Assembly (NCBI GenBank): GCA_965240325.2
Contig: OZ251227.1
Span: 868,001 to 932,000 of the forward strand
DNA: 64,000 nt
Source: Rebecca billardiae RCC1528
Lineage: Eukaryota; Protista; Haptophyta
Direction: 5' to 3'
Below the pieces are notes generated by a model. That model searched no databases. It was given only the letters and a program-made list of their open reading frames with translations, and had not been told where the DNA came from. The translations under genes and the position numbers were made by a program. Every line of letters starts with the position of its first letter. The stretch's first letter is position 1. Below are positions 28,901 to 40,815 of this stretch, piece after piece.

Positions 28901-31900
28901 GGGGGGCTCGGCGGTGGAGATGGCGGCGGGCTCGGCGGAAACGTCGGCGGCGGGCTCGGCGGCGGGCTCGGTGGTGGGCTCGGCGGCGGCGAGGGCGGAG
29001 GCGAGGGCGGTGGCGACGGCGGCGGGCTCGGCGGCGGCGACGGCGGCGGTGATGGCGGCGGACTCGGTGGCGGTGACGGCGGCGGGCTTGGTGGCGGCGA
29101 TGGCGGCGGGCTCGGCGGCGGGCTCGGCGGCGGCGAGGGCGGCGGCGAAGGCGGCGGGCTCGGCGGCGGGCTCGGCGGCGGTGACGGCGGAGGGCTCGGC
29201 GGGGGGCTCGGCGGCGGCGATGGCGGCGGCGATGGCGGCGGGCTTGGGGGCGGGCTTGGCGGGGGGCTCGGAGGCGGCGGGCTCGGCGGCGGCGATGGCG
29301 GCGGGCTCGGCGGCGGCGAGGGCGGCGGGCTCGGTGGGGGCGGCGAGGGCGGAGGACTCGGCGGCGGGCTTGGCGGCGGCGACGGTGGTGGTGAGGGCGG
29401 CGGCGAGGGTGGCGGGCTCGGTGGCGGGCTCGGCGGCGGGCTTGGCGGCGGGCTTGGTGGTGGCGACGGCGGCGGGCTCGGCGGCGGGCTCGGCGGCGGG
29501 CTCGGCGGCGGCGACGGCGGCGGGCTCGGCGGCGGCGATGGCGGCGGGCTTGGCGGCGGGCTTGGCGGCGGTGAAGGGGGCGGCGAAGGGGGCGGCGATG
29601 GTGGCGGCGAGGGAGGCGGTGAGGGCGGTGGGCTTGGCGGAGGCGAGGGCGGCGGGCTTGGTGGCGGGCTCGGAGGCGGGCTTGGTGGAGGGCTCGGAGG
29701 CGGGCTCGGCGGTGGTGACGGTGGGGGCGAAGGCGGTGGGCTCGGCGGCGGGCTTGGCGGCGGCGACGGGGGCGGACTCGGCGGTGGGATGGGGGGCGGG
29801 CTTGGTGGCGGGCTTGGCGGCGGCGACGGCGGCGGGCTCGGGGGTGGCGACGGCGGCGGCGACGGTGGTGGGCTTGGCGGCGGGCTGGGCGGCGGGCTGG
29901 GCGGCGGTGATGGCGGTGGGCTCGGGGGTGGACTAGGTGGCGGCGAGGGCGGCGGCGAGGGCGGCGGCGAGGGAGGCGGCGAGGGAGGCGGCGAGGGTGG
30001 CGGACTCGGCGGTGGTGATGGTGGTGGGCTGGGTGGTGGCGAAGGCGGCGGGCTGGGTGGAGGTGACGGCGGTGGAGACGGTGGCGGGCTTGGCGGTGGC
30101 GATGGCGGTGGGCTTGGCGGCGGGCTCGGTGGCGGACTCGGCGGCGGGCTCGGCGGCGGCGACGGCGGCGGGCTCGGCGGCGGCGACGGCGGCGGGCTCG
30201 GCGGCGGGCTCGGCGGCGGTGAAGGGGGCGGCGAAGGGGGCGGCGATGGTGGCGGCGAGGGAGGCGGAGAGGGTGGTGGGCTCGGTGGAGGGCTCGGTGG
30301 AGGGGATGGTGGCGGCGAGGGCGGCGGGCTCGGCGGCGGCGAAGGCGGAGGGCTCGGCGGTGGGCTCGGCGGTGGAGATGGTGGTGGCGATGGTGGCGGC
30401 GATGGCGGCGGACTCGGCGGCGGCGAGGGCGGCGGGCTCGGCGGCGGAGACGGAGGCGGACTCGGCGGCGGGCTCGGTGGCGGCGATGGCGGCGGCGATG
30501 GGGGTGGGCTGGGTGGCGGCGAGGGCGGCGGGCTGGGCGGCGGGCTGGGCGGTGGCGAGGGTGGTGGCGAGGGCGGCGGCGAGGGCGGCGGCGAGGGCGG
30601 CGGCGAGGGCGGCGGGCTGGGCGGCGGAGATGGCGGTGGACTCGGCGGTGGCGACGGCGGCGGGCTCGGCGGTGGCGATGGTGGCGGGCTCGGTGGCGGA
30701 CTCGGCGGTGGCGACGGCGGTGGCGAGGGTGGCGGGCTTGGCGGCGGGCTTGGTGGCGGCGAGGGCGGCGGGCTCGGCGGTGGGCTTGGTGGCGGCGAGG
30801 GCGGCGGGCTCGGGGGCGGGCTTGGCGGCGGGCTTGGCGGCGGGCTGGGAGGTGGCGAGGGCGGCGGAGAGGGTGGCGGCGAGGGCGGCGGGCTCGGCGG
30901 TGGCGACGGTGGAGGGCTTGGCGGCGGGCTTGGTGGTGGCGAGGGTGGCGGCGAAGGCGGTGGACTCGGTGGCGGCGAGGGCGGCGGGCTCGGCGGCGGG
31001 CTGGGCGGTGGGCTGGGCGGTGGCGAGGGTGGCGGCGAGGGAGGCGGCGAGGGCGGTGGGCTCGGTGGCGGGCTCGGCGGTGGCGATGGTGGCGGGCTCG
31101 GTGGCGGGCTCGGCGGGGGCGACGGCGGTGGCGACGGCGGCGGGCTTGGCGGCGGGCTTGGTGGCGGCGAGGGCGGTGGGCTTGGCGGTGGGCTCGGCGG
31201 CGGCGAGGGCGGTGGGCTCGGCGGCGGCGATGGTGGCGGGCTCGGCGGGGGCGAGGGCGGCGGCGAGGGCGGCGGCGAGGGCGGTGGGCTCGGCGGCGGG
31301 CTCGGCGGTGGCGATGGTGGCGGCGAGGGCGGCGGGCTCGGCGGTGGCGACGGCGGTGGCGACGGTGGCGGGCTCGGCGGCGGGCTCGGTGGTGGCGAGG
31401 GCGGCGGCGATGGGGGCGGGCTCGGTGGCGGCGACGGCGGCGGGCTCGGCGGCGGGCTGGGCGGCGGGCTCGGCGGTGGCGATGGCGGCGGCGAGGGCGG
31501 CGGGCTGGGCGGCGGCGAGGGTGGCGGGCTCGGCGGTGGAGATGGCGGTGGACTCGGCGGTGGCGACGGCGGCGGGCTCGGCGGTGGCGACGGTGGCGGG
31601 CTCGGCGGCGGGCTCGGCGGTGGCGACGGCGGTGGCGACGGCGGTGGGCTTGGCGGCGGGCTCGGTGGTGGCGAGGGCGGCGGCGATGGGGGTGGGCTCG
31701 GTGGCGGCGACGGCGGCGGGCTCGGCGGCGGGCTGGGCGGCGGGCTCGGCGGTGGCGAGGGCGGCGGCGAGGGCGGCGGCGAGGGCGGCGGCGAGGGCGG
31801 CGGGCTCGGCGGCGGAGATGGCGGTGGACTCGGCGGTGGCGACGGCGGCGGGCTCGGCGGTGGCGACGGTGGCGGGCTCGGCGGCGGGCTCGGCGGTGGC

Positions 31901-34900
31901 GAGGGCGGTGGCGACGGCGGCGGGCTCGGCGGCGGGCTTGGTGGTGGCGAGGGCGGTGGGCTCGGCGGTGGACTTGGCGGCGGGGATGGCGGCGGGCTTG
32001 GCGGCGGGCTCGGCGGCGGGCTTGGCGGTGGCGATGGTGGCGGCGAGGGCGGTGGCGAGGGCGGCGGCGAGGGCGGCGGGCTCGGCGGCGGAGATGGCGG
32101 TGGACTCGGCGGTGGCGACGGTGGCGGGCTTGGCGGGGGCGATGGTGGCGGCGAGGGCGGCGGGCTCGGCGGTGGCGACGGCGGTGGCGACGGTGGCGGG
32201 CTCGGCGGCGGGCTCGGTGGTGGCGAGGGCGGCGGCGAAGGCGGTGGACTCGGTGGCGGCGACGGCGGCGGGCTCGGCGGCGGGCTCGGCGGCGGGCTTG
32301 GCGGTGGCGAGGGCGGCGGCGAGGGCGGTGGACTCGGCGGTGGCGACGGCGGCGGGCTCGGCGGTGGCGATGGTGGCGGCGAGGGCGGCGGGCTCGGCGG
32401 TGGCGACGGCGGTGGCGACGGTGGCGGGCTCGGCGGCGGGCTCGGTGGTGGCGAGGGCGGCGGCGATGGGGGCGGGCTCGGTGGCGGCGACGGCGGCGGG
32501 CTCGGCGGCGGGCTGGGCGGCGGGCTCGGCGGTGGCGAGGGCGGCGGCGAGGGCGGCGGCGAGGGCGGCGGCGAGGGCGGCGGGCTGGGCGGCGGAGATG
32601 GCGGTGGACTCGGCGGTGGCGACGGCGGCGGGCTCGGCGGTGGCGACGGTGGCGGGCTCGGCGGCGGGCTCGGCGGTGGCGACGGCGGTGGCGACGGCGG
32701 TGGGCTTGGCGGTGGGCTTGGTGGTGGCGAGGGCGGCGGTGAAGGCGGTGGACTCGGCGGTGGCGACGGCGGCGGGCTGGGCGGCGGGCTCGGTGGCGGG
32801 CTCGGCGGCGGCGAGGGCGGCGGAGAGGGCGGCGGCGAGGGCGGTGGGCTCGGCGGTGGACTTGGCGGCGGGGATGGCGGCGGACTCGGTGGTGGCGACG
32901 GTGGCGGGCTCGGCGGTGGCGATGGTGGCGGCGAGGGCGGCGGGCTCGGCGGTGGCGACGGCGGTGGTGACGGCGGCGGGCTTGGCGGCGGGCTCGGTGG
33001 TGGCGAGGGCGGCGGCGAAGGCGGCGGACTCGGCGGCGGCGACGGAGGAGGGCTTGGCGGCGGGCTTGGCGGCGGACTAGGCGGTGGCGAGGGCGGTGGC
33101 GACGGTGGAGGTGATGGGGGCGGGCTCGGCGGCGGACTCGGCGGTGGCGATGGCGGCGGGCGCGGCGGCGGGCTCGGCGGCGGGCTTGGTGGCGGCGAGG
33201 GCGGCGGGCTCGGCGGCGGGCTTGGCGGTGGAGAGGGCGGCGGCGAGGGCGGCGGACTTGGCGGCGGAGGGCTCGGCGGCGGGCTCGGCGGCGGACTCGG
33301 CGGTGGCGAGGGCGGCGGGCTCGGGGGAGGCGGGCTCGGCGGCGGAGACGGCGGTGGAGAGGGCGGCGGGCTCGGCGGCGGCGACGGCGGTGGCGACGAC
33401 GGCGGCGGCGAGGGTGGCGGCGAGGGTGGCGGCGACGGCGGTGGGCTCGGCGGCGGGCTCGGCGGCGGGCTCGGCGGCGGGCTCGGTGGCGGGCTTGGAG
33501 GCGGGCTCGGCGGCGGGCTCGGAGGCGGGCTCGGCGGCGGGCTCGGCGGTGGGCTGGGAGGCGGACTGGGCGGCGGGCTCGGTGGTGGTGGGCTTGGTGG
33601 CGGCGACGGCGGTGGGCTTGGCGGTGGCGATGGCGGTGGGCTCGGCGGCGGGCTCGGCGGCGGGCTCGGCGGCGGGCTCGGTGGCGGGCTCGGAGGCGGG
33701 CTTGGGGGCGGGCTCGGAGGCGGGCTCGGAGGTGGGCTCGGTGGAGGGCTCGGAGGCGGGCTGGGTGGCGGGCTCGGCGGTGGTGGGCTTGGTGGCGGGC
33801 TTGGCGGTGGGCTTGGCGGCGGTGATGGTGGCGGGCTCGGTGGCGGCGAGGGCGGTGGCGACGGTGGCGGGCTAGGAGGTGGCGATGGCGGCGGTGGGCT
33901 CGGTGGTGGGCTCGGTGGCGGCGAGGGCGGCGGCGAGGGTGGCGGGCTCGGCGGCGGCGGGCTCGGCGGCGGCGATGGTGGCGGGCTCGGCGGCGGCGAG
34001 GGCGGCGGGCTCGGCGGCGGGCTCGGCGGCGGGCTCGGTGGCGGCGAAGGCGGCGGGCTCGGCGGAGGTGAAGGCGGAGGGGACGGTGGTGGGCTGGGCG
34101 GCGGGCTGGGCGGTGGCGGGCTCGGCGGCGGCGACGGCGGCGGGCTCGGCGGCGGCGATGGTGGCGGGCTGGGCGGTGGTGACGGCGGGGGCGATGGTGG
34201 AGGGCTCGGCGGTGGCGATGGCGGTGGCGGAGACGGCGGCGGGCTCGGCGGCGGGCTTGGGGGCGGCGATGGCGGCGGCGAGGGCGGCGGGCTTGGCGGT
34301 GGGCTCGGTGGCGGTGATGGCGGCGGGCTCGGTGGCGGTGAGGGCGGTGGCGACGGCGGCGGGCTCGGTGGCGGCGATGGCGGCGGCGGCGACGGAGGCG
34401 GGCTTGGAGGCGGGCTCGGCGGCGGGGAAGGTGGTGGGCTGGGCGGAGGACTCGGCGGCGGCGACGGCGGCGGGGATGGCGGTGGGCTTGGCGGCGGCGG
34501 GCTGGGCGGTGGCGACGGCGGCGGGCTGGGCGGTGGCGACGGCGGAGGGCTCGGTGGCGGCGACGGTGGCGGGGATGGCGGTGGACTGGGTGGCGGGCTC
34601 GGGGGCGGGCTCGGCGGCGGCGAGGGGGGCGGCGACGGTGGCGGGCTCGGCGGCGGTGGGCTCGGTGGTGGCGAGGGCGGCGGGCTTGGTGGAGGCGAAG
34701 GTGGCGGGCTAGGAGGCGGTGGGCTCGGCGGCGGCGATGGTGGCGGGCTAGGCGGCGGCGATGGCGGCGGGCTCGGCGGCGGGCTCGGCGGCGGGCTCGG
34801 CGGCGGCGAAGGCGGCGGGCTCGGCGGAGGTGAAGGCGGAGGGGACGGTGGTGGGCTGGGCGGCGGGCTGGGCGGTGGCGGGCTCGGCGGCGGCGACGGC

Positions 34901-37900
34901 GGCGGGCTTGGCGGCGGCGATGGTGGCGGGCTGGGCGGTGGTGACGGCGGAGGTGATGGTGGAGGGCTCGGCGGTGGCGATGGCGGTGGCGGAGACGGAG
35001 GCGGGCTCGGCGGCGGGCTTGGGGGCGGCGATGGTGGCGGGCTTGGCGGCGGGCTTGGCGGCGGGCTCGGTGGCGGTGATGGCGGCGGGCTCGGTGGCGG
35101 TGAGGGCGGTGGTGACGGCGGCGGGCTCGGTGGCGGCGATGGCGGCGGCGGCGACGGAGGCGGGCTTGGAGGCGGGCTCGGCGGCGGGGAAGGTGGTGGG
35201 CTGGGCGGAGGACTCGGCGGCGGCGATGGCGGCGGGGACGGCGGTGGGCTTGGCGGCGGCGGGCTGGGCGGTGGCGACGGCGGCGGGCTGGGCGGTGGCG
35301 ACGGCGGAGGGCTCGGTGGCGGCGACGGTGGCGGGAATGGCGGTGGACTGGGCGGCGGGCTCGGGGGCGGGCTCGGCGGCGGTGAGGGGGGCGGTGACGG
35401 TGGCGGGCTCGGCGGCGGTGGGCTCGGTGGTGGCGAGGGCGGCGGGCTTGGTGGAGGCGAAGGTGGCGGGCTAGGAGGCGGTGACGGCGGAGGCGAGGGT
35501 GGTGGGCTTGGAGGCGGCGATGGCGGCGGTGGGCTCGGCGGCGGGCTCGGCGGCGGGCTCGGCGGCGGCGAAGGCGGCGGGCTCGGCGGAGGTGAAGGCG
35601 GAGGGGACGGTGGTGGGCTGGGCGGCGGGCTGGGCGGTGGCGGGCTCGGCGGCGGCGACGGCGGCGGGCTCGGCGGCGGCGATGGTGGCGGGCTGGGCGG
35701 TGGTGACGGCGGGGGCGATGGTGGAGGGCTCGGCGGTGGCGATGGCGGTGGCGGAGACGGAGGCGGGCTCGGCGGCGGGCTTGGGGGCGGCGATGGCGGC
35801 GGCGAGGGCGGCGGGCTTGGCGGTGGGCTCGGTGGCGGTGATGGCGGCGGGCTCGGTGGCGGTGAGGGCGGTGGCGACGGCGGCGGGCTCGGTGGCGGCG
35901 ATGGCGGCGGCGGCGACGGAGGCGGGCTTGGAGGCGGGCTCGGCGGCGGGGAAGGTGGTGGGCTGGGCGGAGGACTCGGCGGCGGCGACGGCGGCGGGGA
36001 TGGCGGTGGGCTTGGCGGCGGCGGGCTGGGCGGTGGCGACGGCGGCGGGCTGGGCGGTGGCGACGGCGGAGGGCTCGGTGGCGGCGACGGTGGCGGGGAT
36101 GGCGGTGGACTGGGCGGCGGGCTCGGGGGCGGGCTCGGCGGCGGCGAGGGCGGCGGCGACGGTGGCGGGCTCGGCGGCGGTGGGCTCGGTGGTGGCGAGG
36201 GCGGCGGGCTCGGAGGAGGCGAAGGTGGCGGGCTTGGGGGCGGTGACGGCGGAGGCGACGGTGGTGGGCTCGGAGGCGGCGATGGCGGCGGTGGACTCGG
36301 TGGTGGCGAGGGCGGCGGGCTCGGCGGCGGTGACGGTGGTGGGCTCGGCGGAGGTGAAGGCGGAGGGGACGGTGGTGGGCTCGGCGGCGGTGATGGTGGC
36401 GGCGGGCTCGGCGGCGGGCTCGGCGGCGGGCTGGGTGGCGGGCTTGGCGGCGGGCTCGGTGGTGGGCGTGGCGGCGGTGACGGTGGCGGAGAGGGTGGCG
36501 GGCTTGGTGGCGGCGGGCTTGGCGGCGGCGATGGCGGTGGCGATGGTGGCGGGCTCGGCGGCGGGCTCGGCGGCGGGCTCGGTGGCGGTGAGGGCGGCGG
36601 CGAGGGCGGTGGGCTCGGCGGTGGCGGGCTCGGCGGTGGCGACGGTGGTGGAGAAGGGGGCGGGCTCGGCGGTGGGCTCGGAGGTGGGCTAGGCGGTGGA
36701 GACGGCGGAGGGCTCGGCGGCGGGCTCGGCGGTGGTGGGCTTGGCGGTGGGCTCGGCGGTGGGCTTGGCGGCGGCGACGGCGGCGGGCTCGGTGGCGGGC
36801 TCGGTGGTGGCGATGGCGGTGGGGATGGAGGTGGGCTCGGCGGCGGTGGGCTCGGCGGCGGCGAGGGCGGTGGGGATGGCGGCGGGCTCGGAGGCGGGCT
36901 CGGAGGCGGACTCGGCGGCGGCGACGGTGGTGGGCTTGGTGGCGGGCTCGGTGGCGGCGGAGACGGCGGTGGAGACGGCGGTGGGCTCGGCGGGGGTGAG
37001 GGTGGCGGTGAGGGCGGCGGGCTCGGCGGCGGGCTCGGCGGCGGCGAGGGCGGCGGGCTTGGCGGCGGTGGGCTCGGCGGCGGCGAGGGCGGTGGATTTG
37101 GTGGCGGGCTCGGGGGCGGGCTCGGCGGTGGGCTCGGCGGCGGCGATGGCGGTGGGGATGGAGGTGGGCTTGGCGGCGGCGATGGTGGTGGATTCGGCGG
37201 TGGGCTCGGCGGCGGGCTCGGCGGCGGTGGCGATGGCGGAGGGCTGGGTGGAGGGCTGGGTGGAGGGCTCGGCGGCGGGCTCGGCGGTGGCGACGGCGGT
37301 GGCGATGGCGGCGGCGATGGCGGCGGCAAAGGCGGTGGTGGGCTCGGAGGCGGGCTGGGTGGAGGCGATGGCGGCGGGCTGGGCGGTGGGCTGGGTGGCG
37401 GACTGGGCGGTGGTGAAGGCGGTGGGCTGGGTGGCGGGGTCGGTGGCGGCGGGCTCGGCGGCGGGCTCGGCGGTGGGCTCGGTGGCGGGCTCGGCGGCGG
37501 GCTCGGCGGTGGTGAGGGCGGTGGCGAGGGCGGCGGCGAGGGCGGAGGGCTCGGTGGCGGCGGGCTCGGCGGCGGCGATGGCGGTGGTGACGGTGGCGGG
37601 CTCGGCGGCGGGCTCGGTGGCGGAGACGGCGGCGGAGATGGCGGCGGGCTCGGTGGCGGGCTCGGCGGAGGCGGAGACGGTGGCGGACTCGGCGGCGGAC
37701 TGGGCGGCGGACTAGGAGGCGGGCTGGGTGGTGGGCTCGGCGGCGGGCTGGGCGGCGGCAACGGCGGCGGGCTCGGTGGCGGGCTGGGCGGCGGGCTCGG
37801 CGGCGGCGAGGGCGGCGGGACTGGCGGAGGCGGCGATGGCGGTGGTGACGGTGGTGGGCTCGGCGGTGGCGACGGCGGGGGACTCGGCGGCGGGCTCGGC

Positions 37901-39324
37901 GGTGGTGACGGCGGCGGCGAGGGCGGCGGGCTCGGCGGTGGCGGGCTGGGCGGTGGGCTCGGTGGCGGGCTGGGCGGCGGCGACGGCGGCGGGCTCGGTG
38001 GCGGGCTGGGCGGCGGGCTGGGCGGCGGGCTCGGCGGTGGAGAGGGGGGCGGTGGGCTTGGAGGCGGTGACGGCGGCGGGCTCGGAGGTGGCGACGGCGG
38101 GGGACTCGGCGGCGGGCTCGGCGGTGGTGACGGCGGCGGCGAGGGCGGCGGGCTCGGCGGCGGCGGGCTGGGCGGTGGGCTCGGCGGCGGCGATGGCGGT
38201 GGCGATGGCGGTGGGCTTGGCGGTGGACTCGGAGGCGGGCTCGGCGGCGGGCTCGGCGGTGGAGAGGGGGGCGGTGGGCTTGGAGGCGGTGACGGCGGCG
38301 GGCTCGGAGGTGGCGACGGCGGGGGACTCGGCGGCGGGCTCGGCGGTGGTGACGGCGGCGGCGAGGGCGGCGGGCTCGGCGGCGGCGGGCTGGGCGGTGG
38401 GCTCGGCGGCGGCGATGGCGGTGGCGATGGCGGTGGGCTTGGCGGTGGACTCGGAGGCGGGCTCGGCGGCGGGCTCGGCGGTGGAGAGGGGGGCGGTGGG
38501 CTTGGAGGCGGTGACGGCGGCGGGCTCGGAGGTGGCGACGGCGGGGGACTCGGCGGCGGGCTCGGCGGTGGTGACGGCGGCGGCGAGGGCGGCGGGCTCG
38601 GCGGCGGCGGGCTGGGCGGCGGGCTCGGCGGCGGCGATGGCGGTGGCGATGGCGGTGGGCTTGGCGGTGGACTCGGAGGCGGGCTCGGCGGTGGGCTCGG
38701 CGGTGGAGAGGGGGGCGGTGGGCTTGGAGGCGGTGACGGCGGCGGGCTCGGAGGTGGCGACGGCGGGGGACTCGGCGGCGGGCTCGGCGGTGGTGACGGC
38801 GGCGGCGAGGGCGGCGGGCTCGGCGGCGGCGGGCTGGGCGGTGGGCTCGGCGGCGGCGATGGCGGTGGCGATGGCGGTGGGCTTGGCGGTGGACTCGGAG
38901 GCGGGCTCGGCGGCGGGCTCGGCGGTGGAGAGGGGGGCGGTGGGCTTGGAGGCGGTGACGGCGGCGGGCTCGGAGGTGGCGACGGCGGGGGACTCGGCGG
39001 CGGGCTCGGCGGTGGTGACGGCGGCGGCGAGGGCGGCGGGCTCGGCGGCGGCGGGCTGGGCGGTGGGCTCGGCGGCGGCGATGGCGGTGGCGATGGCGGT
39101 GGGCTTGGCGGTGGACTCGGAGGCGGGCTCGGCGGCGGGCTCGGCGGTGGAGAGGGGGGCGGTGGGCTTGGAGGCGGTGACGGCGGCGGTGACGGCGGCG
39201 GGCTTGGGGGTGGGCTTGGTGGCGGGCTGGGCGGCGGGCTGGGCGGTGGCGAGGGCTGGGCGCATGCCGGGCTCACAAGGACAAGGGCGACGATGGCCAC
39301 CCAACGCGCGGCTTGTCGCGTCAT
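15991..39324 (-). CDS. Giant (~7,780 aa) polycystin-1/REJ-like surface protein: signal peptide, (SPPP)n rod, 17 beta-rich repeats, IPT/TIG domains, REJ, EGF, GPS, 5 TM with IQ motif and EF-hand pair
   Basis: One uninterrupted ORF. Signal MTRQAARWVAIVALVLVSPACA; REJ-like NRPPYGGDLAVSPPSG..FELSAAGWTDDPEDQPLGY; GPS CFWWDD..WTTRGC..CACDHLTDFS; IQKALRGKQAR; EF-hand loops DVDGSGHMDIAE and DRDQDKEISFAE. Confidence 0.88.
28432..39255 (-). repeat. Coding 12-bp tandem repeat (Ser-Pro-Pro-Pro) with higher-order 111/222-bp and ~762-bp units
   Basis: The marker GGAGAGGGGGGCGGTGGGCTTGG recurs at 38039, 38261, 38483, 38705, 38927 and 39149. GAAGGCGGCGGGCTCGGCGGAGGTGAAGG recurs at 34046, 34808 and 35570. 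Confidence 0.95.
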
Positions 39325-39687
39325 CGTGCAGGCGCGCTCGCCCAGGTGGCGAGCGCTACGACGTGCAGGCGACGTGCAGGCGAACGGCACGGGCAGGCGC
39401 GCGAGGGCTGCGCGATTACCACCTGGCTGGCAGGTGGCAAGCAGCGCTCATGCGCTGCAGCAAGCAGGCTCGACTTGCCCGCAGCAAAGAACGCTCGGCC
39501 GGGTTTTTTGGTGCGCGAACGCGGAACCACCCGCGAAGGATTGGCAGTGCTATTCTTGGCCATTCACGGATTCGTACACTATTGCGAACAAGCGATGCGA
39601 GTAGTGTTGTGAAACGTCATACAACGCGGCGAACCCCCACCTGTAAACATGGGACTGCGGGTAATAGTACCCACCCGAGATCGCAGC

Positions 39688-40815
39688 TCAGATGAAGTCG
39701 TCCATGAGCTGGCGCTTGCACAGCGGGCAGTCCGCCGCGAGCTGCATCGACACGACCCATCGGTCGATGCACTCTTTGTGGAAGGGGTGCTGGCACACGA
39801 GCACCCGGACCGGCTCGCCGTGCTCGAACGCGCACAGGCAGATGGCGCACACTGACTCGGCAGTGTCCGAACGCGCGGCGCCGCCTGCGCCGTCGGCTGC
39901 GTCGGCGGGCGAAGTCGGCGTGCGCGCGGCCGCGGGCGGTGTGTCCGCACCGGCCGGTGCGAGCTCAACGTATGCGCCCGGGGTGCTGCTGTCCCCGTCG
40001 GCCGAGCCGGCAGCGATCGACGCCGACCCTGCTCTCGTCGACGCCGTGCCGTCGGCTGCTCGTGCGCTCGCGGGGGATGCGCCGGCAGCTGCAGCCGCTG
40101 GCGCACTCGCGCCTGCGGGCGATGCCATTGCTGTCGCCGAGGACGGCGCCGGCACGGTTGCAGCCGCCACGCCACCGGGGAGCAGCAACAGCGGCTCGAG
40201 CGGGCGCCAGTCTCGGCCCGAGGCGGAGCGGTGAGGGTCCGGCGGCGAGGCACGCGTGGCGCGCGCGAGGCACCCACCCGCGCCGACCGCCGAGTCGAGC
40301 AGCGGCTCCAGGTACGGGATGGCAGGCGTCGCCTTCATGAACCGGCGCAGCGCGCGCTCGGCGACGCGCCCCCTACGGATGTGCGTCCAGTAGACGGTGG
40401 AGAAGAGGATCCAGCCGGCGCACACCATCGCAACGAAGACGCACAACAGCGCATCCTCGCCGAAGTGCAGCGTGCGCCGCAGCTCCTTCGCCGCAGGCGA
40501 CGCCTTGTCGCCCGAGATGCGCGGGATCACCGTCGCGTCGATCAGCTCGTTGGCTAGCTCCTCGACGTGTGGCACGACGAAGAACATGATCGTCACGCTG
40601 AGGAAGAGCGCGAGGAAGACGCGCAGCAGCGCGAAGACGTCATCCAGCGTCTGCGCCGCGAACGCGCCGAGCAGGCCGCACGCGAGGAGCAAGCCCGTGC
40701 ACGCCGCGCCGACCACTGATGGCACAAGCACGACTGCGACAAGCGAGCCGACCGCGAGGAAAATCTCGCACGCGAACACCACGGCGCCGAGCGTCTCCAG
40801 GGTGCACGCCGGCAT
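39688..40815 (-). CDS. Multi-pass membrane RING-H2 E3 ubiquitin ligase
   Basis: About 4 N-terminal TM helices; C-terminal CAICLCAFEHGEPVRVLVCQHPFHKECIDRW...CPLCK. Confidence 0.88.
   Translation of the reverse strand: MPACTLETLGAVVFACEIFLAVGSLVAVVLVPSVVGAACTGLLLACGLLGAFAAQTLDDVFALLRVFLALFLSVTIMFFVVPHVEELANELIDATVIPRISGDKASPAAKELRRTLHFGEDALLCVFVAMVCAGWILFSTVYWTHIRRGRVAERALRRFMKATPAIPYLEPLLDSAVGAGGCLARATRASPPDPHRSASGRDWRPLEPLLLLPGGVAAATVPAPSSATAMASPAGASAPAAAAAGASPASARAADGTASTRAGSASIAAGSADGDSSTPGAYVELAPAGADTPPAAARTPTSPADAADGAGGAARSDTAESVCAICLCAFEHGEPVRVLVCQHPFHKECIDRWVVSMQLAADCPLCKRQLMDDFI

Noticed and set aside
28226-39604. 3,792-aa Gly-rich ORF and Ala-rich ORFs on the + strand
   Set aside because: Antisense shadows of the SPPP codon repeat. 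The minus frame has the signal peptide and real domains.
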